From IMG/VR virus record IMGVR_UViG_3300025701_001373, positions 1-52,641 of that record: 52,641 bases of DNA; one strand, written 5' to 3'. Position 1 is the first letter of the stretch, and each line of letters starts with the position of its first letter. The stretch is from a virus. Lineage: Duplodnaviria > Caudoviricetes. Below are positions 45,256 through 52,641 of the stretch, one piece after another. Made by a program: the position numbers and the translations under genes. Below the pieces are notes generated by a model. The model saw nothing but the letters and a program-made list of their open reading frames with translations. It had not been told where the DNA came from and did no database searches.

Positions 45256-47316
45256 ATGGCAGTACCAGTAACCGGTAGTTTTGAAATGTTCGGTACCGGA
45301 AGTAATACTTCCATTGCAGGTGCTATTATAGAAGGAGGAAATTCTGTAGACGGGATAACTACGTTTGATGGTTTAATCTCTGCTTCTGTTGCATTTAATT
45401 TTGATAGTAACTATGCTGGTAGTATTACTAATCCAAACCTAGATATTAGTTCTTCACTACAGTTTAGAAACTATCCTGCACTACCAACACCGACTCCTAC
45501 AAGTACAGTAACATTAACTCCAACCCCTACTCCTACTTATACACCTACTAACACTCCTACTAATACACCAACTCCTACTAACACACCAACTAGTACGGTA
45601 ACACCAACACCTACTAGTACCTTAACATTAACTCCTACACCAACACCAACAGGGACTACTATAACACCAACACCTACTAGTACCTTAACATTAACTCCTA
45701 CACCAACACCAACAGGTACCACTATAACACCAACACCTACTCAAACACCACCAAGTACACCATCGGGAACACCACCTCCTACTCCTATAACACCAACACC
45801 TACCAGTACACCACCAAGTACACCACCAGGAACACCACCTCCTACACCCGTAACACCAACTCCATCTCCAACAACAAGTTGTTTTGAGTTAAGTTTAGGG
45901 TATGATTTAAATGATGGATACCAAGCTTGTAGTGAACCTAAGAATACAGTATACGGAAATGGAAGTAACTTATCTACATCTACTGCGTTATACAGCAATA
46001 ACAACTGTACTACTATAGCAACAGCAGGATACTACGCTGATGACTTTGGATATAGGTACTGGAATGGAAGCAGTTTAGGGGCATATTTAAGTTGTACCGT
46101 AACTCCAACACCTACTAATACACCACCTCCTACTCCTATAACACCAACACCGACAACAACACCTGTCCCTGTATCTCCTACACCTACTTCTACCTATGTT
46201 GACCCTTACAACTACTACTTTATACAGCACTGTGAAGGAGAACCATTAGATAGAGTTGTTAGAACAACACAGACATTCACTGTAGGAAATAGTTCAACAG
46301 GAACATACGTATCTATATTCGGTCAAGGGTACTTTACAACATCAGGTGCTACCAAAACAGAGTACGATACAAATGCAGGAGATGAAAGTAGCTACGACTT
46401 AGGAAACACATCATACCCAGATACTGGCTGTCCGACACCAATAACTCCGACACCAACATCTACCCCGATACCGCCAACCCCTACACCTACCCCGACAGCA
46501 TTAGGATGTTACACATATTCAATCCAAAATAATGACTTGTCTCAAAACTTAACATTCCAATATAGAGATTGTGATGGAAACTTAATACAAGATCAAGTAG
46601 TTCTTGCAGATAGCGGAACACCAGACTTCTGTGCAGAAGAAGGAAGTGTAACTAGACAAAGTGGGACATTTAGTTGGGTATTAACAACTGAAGCAACAAC
46701 CTGTATAGAACCAACCCCTACTTCTACACCACCATCAACACCTGCTCCAGTAACCCCTACACCTACTTCTACTAATATTGATCCATATTTCTATTACATA
46801 GTAGAAAACTGTATTACTCAAAATATAATAAGCGTTAGATCAACACAAAATCTATCAGCAGGTATAAGTGTACTGTATAACGGAGAATGTTACGAAATAC
46901 AAGGAGGAGGATCTCCTAACACAAACGATATTACAGCTCACTATACAGATTGTGTGACATGTAATGATAAAATAAACCCAACACCAACACCAACACAAGT
47001 ACCGGTAACACCAACACCAACACCTACCCCGGTACCTGTAACACCAACACCTACTTCATCCCCTTCCTCCTCAGTACCAAGTGAAACATTAGGAGATGGA
47101 AACACTTCTACAGACGCATGTAATGATTTTAATATAGGAGGAACAGTAAGGTACTTAGACGGGCCATTCCCATTCGCTTCAGTAATCTATAGATCTTCAG
47201 ACGGAACCGGAACAGCACCTGCTGGATACTATTCTGACGGAGGCGTATGGAGATACTGGACTGGTAGTACATTCTCAACAAATGGTTCTTGTGATACATA
47301 CGGAGAATTAGTATAA
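45256..47316 (+). CDS. Pro-Thr-repeat, Cys-module virion protein
   Basis: Long (PT)n tracts separating Cys-bounded modules; AGYY.D...RYW module present twice. Confidence 0.75.
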   Translation: MAVPVTGSFEMFGTGSNTSIAGAIIEGGNSVDGITTFDGLISASVAFNFDSNYAGSITNPNLDISSSLQFRNYPALPTPTPTSTVTLTPTPTPTYTPTNTPTNTPTPTNTPTSTVTPTPTSTLTLTPTPTPTGTTITPTPTSTLTLTPTPTPTGTTITPTPTQTPPSTPSGTPPPTPITPTPTSTPPSTPPGTPPPTPVTPTPSPTTSCFELSLGYDLNDGYQACSEPKNTVYGNGSNLSTSTALYSNNNCTTIATAGYYADDFGYRYWNGSSLGAYLSCTVTPTPTNTPPPTPITPTPTTTPVPVSPTPTSTYVDPYNYYFIQHCEGEPLDRVVRTTQTFTVGNSSTGTYVSIFGQGYFTTSGATKTEYDTNAGDESSYDLGNTSYPDTGCPTPITPTPTSTPIPPTPTPTPTALGCYTYSIQNNDLSQNLTFQYRDCDGNLIQDQVVLADSGTPDFCAEEGSVTRQSGTFSWVLTTEATTCIEPTPTSTPPSTPAPVTPTPTSTNIDPYFYYIVENCITQNIISVRSTQNLSAGISVLYNGECYEIQGGGSPNTNDITAHYTDCVTCNDKINPTPTPTQVPVTPTPTPTPVPVTPTPTSSPSSSVPSETLGDGNTSTDACNDFNIGGTVRYLDGPFPFASVIYRSSDGTGTAPAGYYSDGGVWRYWTGSTFSTNGSCDTYGELV

Positions 47317-47332
47317 ACTAAACTAAAACAAA

Positions 47333-47797
47333 ATGTGGTTATATAATACAAATATAGTAACAGAGATATCTGATATGCCTGTAAACACTTACGGGTTTAT
47401 ATACGAAGTGGTTCATATACCTACCGGTAAAAAATATATTGGAAAGAAGGTACTTTACTTTGAACGAAATAAAAGACTCGGTAAAAAAGCTCTCGAACAA
47501 TTAAAAGTAGAGAGAAAAGAAAAAGGTATAGGAGGAAGAACTCCTCTCAAACAAAAAGTAATCACCGAATCAGATTGGAAGACATATTATGGTTCTCATG
47601 AAGAAATCAAAAAGATCTTAAAAGAGGAAGGACCAGAAAGTTTCAAAAGAACGATACTTGAGTATGTACCTAATAAGAAGCTTCTAACGTATTATGAATG
47701 TAAATACCTATTTATAAAAGAGGTATTAGAAAACCGAGACAATTACATAAACGATAACATACTCGGTAAATTCTACAGAAAAGACTTTAACTTATGA
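47333..47797 (+). CDS. GIY-YIG family protein
   Basis: YGFIYEV...KKYIGKK, ESDWKTYYGS, YINDNILGKFY. Confidence 0.75.
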   Translation: MWLYNTNIVTEISDMPVNTYGFIYEVVHIPTGKKYIGKKVLYFERNKRLGKKALEQLKVERKEKGIGGRTPLKQKVITESDWKTYYGSHEEIKKILKEEGPESFKRTILEYVPNKKLLTYYECKYLFIKEVLENRDNYINDNILGKFYRKDFNL

Positions 47798-48582
47798 TCA
47801 AACTAAAAGACGTAATAGGATACCCATCACTTCAATACCATATAGACAATGGTCTCTCTTTACATGAACATGTCTACCGTTATTCTAGCGATGCCTTTAT
47901 ACAACTATTTGCCGAAGCGAGAGAAGCTCTTAAAGACGAGGAAATAGAGTTATCTGAAGAAGATAGAGAATTATTAGAAACTACCGACATTGGAGAATAT
48001 GGAGACTATAACGGAATGAAAGTACCGTTAGACTTGCCGATGGTTTCTACAAAATATAATCCCTTATTTGAAATCGGAGCTTATATCGATGAGATGATGG
48101 AGGATGAAGATCTTTTAGATGAAGGAGCTACCCTAGAAGGTATGATCAACTTCGATGAAATAAAAGAACTTTGTGATTCTATCAATGTTCCAATCAATAT
48201 GGAGCAGTTTAGAAAAGCTGTTAAAATGAATAGTGAGAATCTAGACTATAATGGATTTGATATGATTAAAGCTTCAGTAGACTATATACCAGAAGCCGAA
48301 TATAAAGGAAAGAAAGTACAATTAAATAAACCTAAACGTGGAGGATCTAAAAAGTTCTATGTTTATGTTAAGAATCCAAAAACAGGAAATGTTAAGAAAG
48401 TTTCTTTTGGAGATACAGGACTTTCAGTTAAACTAAAACAAAAAGGAGCTAGAGCTTCATTTGCGGCTAGACATAAATGTGCTAGTAAAAAAGATAAAAC
48501 AAAAGCAGGATACTGGTCCTGTAATATAGGACGTTACTGGAAATCATTAGGAGGTGGATCAAACTTCTCAGGATATTGGTAG
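47794..48582 (+). CDS. Hypothetical protein with basic C-terminal domain
   Basis: Acidic N-terminal half; KKFYVYVKNPKTGNVKKVSFGD...SFAARHKC...YWSC. Confidence 0.7.
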   Translation: MIKLKDVIGYPSLQYHIDNGLSLHEHVYRYSSDAFIQLFAEAREALKDEEIELSEEDRELLETTDIGEYGDYNGMKVPLDLPMVSTKYNPLFEIGAYIDEMMEDEDLLDEGATLEGMINFDEIKELCDSINVPINMEQFRKAVKMNSENLDYNGFDMIKASVDYIPEAEYKGKKVQLNKPKRGGSKKFYVYVKNPKTGNVKKVSFGDTGLSVKLKQKGARASFAARHKCASKKDKTKAGYWSCNIGRYWKSLGGGSNFSGYW

Positions 48583-48601
48583 AGAATAGATTTAGATAAT
48601 T

Positions 48602-50263
48602 ATGGGATTATTAGACAAGTTTAAAAAAGGAGGTTCTTTACTTAATAAAAATAAAGGAAACACCCCACCTAGCACTTTAACCTCAGGTATTAAAAAAGCT
48701 TCTGAAATAAAGTCACTAGATAAACCTACGTCAAAAGGTAAAGTTAAACAGACATCTGAACAAAATACTTGTTCTGAATATATATTTGCCTCAGATGGCG
48801 GTAGTACGGTAACGTATACATATAAACCTTGTGGAGGTAGGACATATAAAAGTTTAATTATTCCCAACGGAGATGCAGCACCTGATGTATGTGCAGTAGA
48901 TGGTTCTATAACAATGACACCGGATAACGGGACATTATTAAAAGTTAGAGATTGTACTCCTGCACAACCAGCACCTAGCCCTACTCCTACTAAAACCTCT
49001 GCCCCCGCTCCTTCAAGTACCCCTACAGGAACTCCAGCACCAGCTCCTTCAAATACTCCAACTGGAACTCCTGCATCAACACCAGCATCAACTCCAGCCA
49101 GTACTCCTGCATCAACACCAGCATCAACACCTGCTAGTACTCCTGCACCAGCTCCTTCAAGTACCCCTACAGGAACACCTGCTAGCACCCCTGCTAGTAC
49201 TCCTGCATCAACTCCAGCCAGTACTCCTGCACCAGCTCCTACAAGTACACCTACACCAACTCCTTCAAGCACTTTAGAGTCTTTACCTGAACCTACACCA
49301 ACTCCTACATCAACATCAATACCCCCTACACCAACACCTTCAAGTACATCACAACCAGTACCTGAACCTACACCAACCCCTACATCAACATCAATACCTC
49401 CTACACCAACACCAACTAGTACATCAATACCTACTACACCAACTCCAACAGGAACACCACCTATAACACCGACAACAACTACTACATTAACTCCTACACC
49501 AACAGGAACACCACCTATAACACCGACAACAACTACTACATTAACTCCTACACCAACAGGAACACCACCTAATACACCTACTCCAACACCTACAAATGTA
49601 CTGGTATTTCCACTCTGGTATGCTATCCAAGGAGGTTCCAACTTCGACGGACTTAACGTATCTTTCAGTACTTTCGAAGAAATACAGTCCTATATGTGCT
49701 TTAGAAGAGATGATCCAGGGCAACTCGCCGGAAATGCTTTTAATTACTATACCTCAAACAGAGACTCTGAACCGGTAGATGGAAGTATTCTATACCATGA
49801 ATTCGACGGAAGTGTAGTAGATAACGCAAGAAGGGTATATGCACCATCAGACTTGATCGATCCAGCAGATACCGGATTAAAAGATTGGATACTAGTAGAA
49901 ACAGACGCTAACGGAGTAATAACTACAACTCCTTTATATCCTTGCCCTACTCCAACTCCTACTCCAACAGGTACACCAACTCCTACTCCAACTCCTCCAG
50001 TTAGCTACGGACTTGTATATGGACCTTTTACAACAAATGGAAGTTGGACAGATCCCTGTGGAAGCACAAGTACTTATGCCAACACGTATATAACTGGAAC
50101 TAATAATCCTAATAATGTACATTCAGTAGAAAACTTCTTGATACGAAATAGCGATAACTCATTTAGTCCATTCCCAGCTTCTAGGTACTTTGTTGGAACC
50201 AACGGAAACTGGGCATATTGGGATCACGAACTTCAACAAGTTACCTCAACAGGTACCTGTTAA
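48602..50263 (+). CDS. Pro/Thr/Ala/Ser-repeat protein with Cys module
   Basis: (TPAS)n and (PT)n tracts about 48960-49595. Confidence 0.75.
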   Translation: MGLLDKFKKGGSLLNKNKGNTPPSTLTSGIKKASEIKSLDKPTSKGKVKQTSEQNTCSEYIFASDGGSTVTYTYKPCGGRTYKSLIIPNGDAAPDVCAVDGSITMTPDNGTLLKVRDCTPAQPAPSPTPTKTSAPAPSSTPTGTPAPAPSNTPTGTPASTPASTPASTPASTPASTPASTPAPAPSSTPTGTPASTPASTPASTPASTPAPAPTSTPTPTPSSTLESLPEPTPTPTSTSIPPTPTPSSTSQPVPEPTPTPTSTSIPPTPTPTSTSIPTTPTPTGTPPITPTTTTTLTPTPTGTPPITPTTTTTLTPTPTGTPPNTPTPTPTNVLVFPLWYAIQGGSNFDGLNVSFSTFEEIQSYMCFRRDDPGQLAGNAFNYYTSNRDSEPVDGSILYHEFDGSVVDNARRVYAPSDLIDPADTGLKDWILVETDANGVITTTPLYPCPTPTPTPTGTPTPTPTPPVSYGLVYGPFTTNGSWTDPCGSTSTYANTYITGTNNPNNVHSVENFLIRNSDNSFSPFPASRYFVGTNGNWAYWDHELQQVTSTGTC

Positions 50264-50278
50264 ACTTTAGGACTATAA

Positions 50279-50536
50279 ATGAATAAACCTTACATAGAAG
50301 AATTAAAAGATGGTTATATTATTAGAGAGTTCTCTGATAAGACTTCTTCTATGGAATTCGTTTGGCATAGAGATCGAAATGATAGAGTTATAGAACCTCT
50401 TCATAAAACTGATTGGAAATTTCAATTAGATAATGAGGTACCAATTGAATTAAATCGTATATTTATAAAAGCAGGAACCTATCACCGGTTAATTAAAGGT
50501 ACAGGTAACCTTACTTTAAAGATAAAAGAATCATGA
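50279..50536 (+). CDS. Small cupin-like protein
   Basis: WHRDRNDR...IFIKAGTYHRLIKG. Confidence 0.6.
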   Translation: MNKPYIEELKDGYIIREFSDKTSSMEFVWHRDRNDRVIEPLHKTDWKFQLDNEVPIELNRIFIKAGTYHRLIKGTGNLTLKIKES

Positions 50537-50991
50537 AATTAGCAAAAGTATTATTACAAGAAAGCGAATCAGGAGATAAACTCGCTATGGGTATCTATAA
50601 AGCTATTGATGCTGTAGATCCTAACCTTAACTATAGAGATTTTGCTTCTGCCGTTGCGACTGTAATTAAAAATGAATACGGTACTCACAACATCGAGCCT
50701 TTCATGAAAGAATTACATTCACAGTTAGGTTTAGCTGAAGTAAAAGAAGGAGTAAATGACAATCTAAAAGTAGAGATTAGCTACACTAACTACGGCGACC
50801 TTTACTCTATAAAATTTAACGGCGAAAAACAAAGAGGAGAGGACGAACAAAAAGCAATAGAGTATTTAGAGAATACTGCTAACATGAAACTACCTAATAA
50901 TGGTTATGACTCTAAAGCTTTAAATAAATTTACAGATGCACTAAAAGCTCAAGGAATAGAAGCAAGTACATCTGAAATGGATGTTGACTAA
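50533..50991 (+). CDS. Hypothetical protein
   Basis: 152 aa; MKLAKVLLQE N-terminus. Confidence 0.7.
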   Translation: MKLAKVLLQESESGDKLAMGIYKAIDAVDPNLNYRDFASAVATVIKNEYGTHNIEPFMKELHSQLGLAEVKEGVNDNLKVEISYTNYGDLYSIKFNGEKQRGEDEQKAIEYLENTANMKLPNNGYDSKALNKFTDALKAQGIEASTSEMDVD

Positions 50992-50997
50992 AACATT

Positions 50998-51429
50998 ATG
51001 AAACTAGCTAGAATACTGTTATCCGAAATATTACAATCTACTCCAGAATTTGATAGAGAGATTGATAAGATTGCTGACCAAGGAGGTAAACATTTAGGAG
51101 CAGGTGATTATGGTTCAGCATACCTTTTAGGAGGAAAAGCAATTAAAGTTACCACAGACGAAGTAGAATTAGAACATGCCGAAATACTTAAAGGTAAAAA
51201 AACAAATAATTTCGTTTACATATACGATGTTAAAGTTTTAGAACCTAAACTTGGAATCATAGAGATGGAAGTTTTAGGAGAATTCAAAGGAGACATTCCT
51301 GAAGAATTTGTAGATGCTGCAAAAGCCGAAGCCGAAAGATTCGGTATAGACCCGGACGAATTAGACTTTATTGGTGATAATATAATGATACACCCAAAGT
51401 CCGGTAAGTTAAAAATGATTGACGTTTAG
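50998..51429 (+). CDS. Minimal protein-kinase-like protein
   Basis: LGAGDYGSAY (Gly loop), AIKV, DFIGDNIM (DxxxxN), KMIDV (DFG equivalent). Confidence 0.65.
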   Translation: MKLARILLSEILQSTPEFDREIDKIADQGGKHLGAGDYGSAYLLGGKAIKVTTDEVELEHAEILKGKKTNNFVYIYDVKVLEPKLGIIEMEVLGEFKGDIPEEFVDAAKAEAERFGIDPDELDFIGDNIMIHPKSGKLKMIDV

Positions 51430-51479
51430 TTGGTAGTTTAAATAAAAGTTCTTATCTTATATAAAGATACGGACGAGTT
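51428..51479 (+). promoter_or_regulatory. Degenerate early promoter repeat copy
   Basis: AGTTG...TTCTTATCTTA...GAGTT-ATG. Confidence 0.5.
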
Positions 51480-52403
51480 ATGGACTATACATTTTTATTA
51501 GGATCCATTGAAAATTTATTAGGTAAGAGTCATAAGAGAGCTAGAGAGAACTACGCTTTCCATTGTCCTTTTTGCAATCACCGCAAACCTAAATTAGAGA
51601 TCAATATGGCAACCAACGAAGAAGGTAAGAACTTCTGGGAATGTTGGGTATGTCAAACTCGAGGAACTACTATCCGATCTCTACTCAAACAACTCAAAAC
51701 ACCAAGAGAACAAGCTCAAGAAGTATTAAAGTACCTACCAAAAGGTACCTATGTTGAGTATAATAAAATCAAAGCGGTAGAACTACCCAAAGAATTTCAG
51801 ACACTTTACAATGCTTCAACTACATCAATAATAGCCAACCAAGTAAGAAAGTATTTATATGATAGAGGACTTACCGATAATGATTTTATTAAATATGGTA
51901 TTGGATACGCAACAAATGGACTCTTTGGAGGACGAATTATTTTTCCAAGTTATACTGGATCGGGACAACTCAATTTTTATGTTGCAAGAAGCTTTGACGG
52001 TAACTACTATAAGTACAAAAACCCAGAAGCCTCCAAAGACATAATATTCTACGAGAACTTAATCAACTGGAATGCACCTATAATTTTATGTGAAGGTGTA
52101 TTTGATGCAATTGCAATAAGACGAAATGCTATACCGATTCTAGGTAAAGCAATTTCAGACTCATTATATAAAAAGATATTAACTAGCTCAACAAAAGACA
52201 TTTATATCGCTTTAGATACAGATGCAAGAACAGCTGCAATTAAAATAGCAGAACGATTTTTAAATCTCGGTAAAAGAGTTTACTTGATTAACCTTAAAGA
52301 AAAAGATCCAAGTGAGATGGGCTTTAAAGCTTTTACCGAATTAGTACAAACTGCAGAAGAGTTAGACTTAAGTAGTCTAATGATGCACAAACTAGACCTA
52401 TGA
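51480..52403 (+). CDS. DNA primase (DnaG-like, Zn finger plus TOPRIM)
   Basis: HCPFCNH...ECWVC, RIIFP, YKNP, CEGVFDA, ALDTD. Confidence 0.92.
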   Translation: MDYTFLLGSIENLLGKSHKRARENYAFHCPFCNHRKPKLEINMATNEEGKNFWECWVCQTRGTTIRSLLKQLKTPREQAQEVLKYLPKGTYVEYNKIKAVELPKEFQTLYNASTTSIIANQVRKYLYDRGLTDNDFIKYGIGYATNGLFGGRIIFPSYTGSGQLNFYVARSFDGNYYKYKNPEASKDIIFYENLINWNAPIILCEGVFDAIAIRRNAIPILGKAISDSLYKKILTSSTKDIYIALDTDARTAAIKIAERFLNLGKRVYLINLKEKDPSEMGFKAFTELVQTAEELDLSSLMMHKLDL

Positions 52404-52641
52404 TAAGACAAGGTACAAACATTCTCAAAGAGAGTGCAAAAGAAAGATTAGACTACAACCCGGATTTAAAACAAATTAATTTTTTAGACCGAAGAGTCTA
52501 TAAGAGAGGCGAAGGAGTATTTTACCCGTCCGTAACTACAATACTCCAGTATATGCCCAAGAATAAGTTTTTCGACAACTGGTTGAAAGATGTTGGGCAT
52601 AACGCCGATCTTATTTTAAGAAAAGCAGGTAAAGAAGGAAC
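52400..52641 (+). CDS. Partial phage exonuclease, PD-(D/E)xK type (3' truncated)
   Basis: MIRQG...RVYKRGEGVFYPSVTTIL...WLKDVG; open to the window end. Confidence 0.65.
   Translation, partial: MIRQGTNILKESAKERLDYNPDLKQINFLDRRVYKRGEGVFYPSVTTILQYMPKNKFFDNWLKDVGHNADLILRKAGKEG

Noticed and set aside
48592-49641. 349-aa minus-strand Val/Gly-rich ORF (and similar ones at 40664, 45537, 45741)
   Set aside because: Antisense shadows of Pro-Thr codon repeats on the plus strand
40479-50263. Diversity-generating retroelement acting on fibre genes
   Set aside because: No reverse transcriptase seen and no template/variable repeat pair differing only at adenines was noticed
2200-52044. Other short ORFs nested in or antisense to longer genes (e.g. 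2200, 2749, 7709, 13890, 15386, 29927, 44639, 51859)
   Set aside because: Overlap well-supported genes and show no recognisable motifs
1-52641. Stop-codon reassignment (alternative genetic code)
   Set aside because: Genes tile densely under the standard code, and TAA, TAG and TGA all end intact, recognisable proteins

Overview
AT-rich window from a large tailed dsDNA phage, most likely a myovirus with T4-like baseplate (gp25/gp6-like) and late sigma (gp55-like) genes. A Bacteroidota host is inferred from promoter style, weak Shine-Dalgarno use and lipoprotein signals. Layout: (1) 1-13.2 kb, auxiliary and modification genes (FG-GAP lipoprotein, SGNH-like protein, cytidylyltransferase, five 2OG-Fe(II) oxygenases, GNAT, thyA, CDGSH-like/ferredoxin reductase fusion, and an ATP-grasp-like protein with three tandem Hint domains). 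(2) 13.2-21.6 kb, array of small early genes, most behind a near-identical ~58-bp promoter/leader repeat, ending in a region with phased CCTAAAG repeats. (3) 21.8-23.8 kb, short minus-strand island (FeoA-like, two more 2OG oxygenases, SGNH-like). (4) 24-28 kb, lipoprotein, HD hydrolase, late sigma factor. (5) 28-51.4 kb, baseplate/tail module with Pro-Thr-repeat, Cys-rich proteins and an S74-chaperone fibre. (6) primase and a truncated exonuclease. Best candidate for an undescribed system: the ATP-grasp-like/triple-Hint protein embedded among tailoring enzymes, nearly all ending in a shared C-terminal basic/polar-x-x-hydrophobic-Ile tail. All product calls are from motif recognition by eye; no database searches were run.
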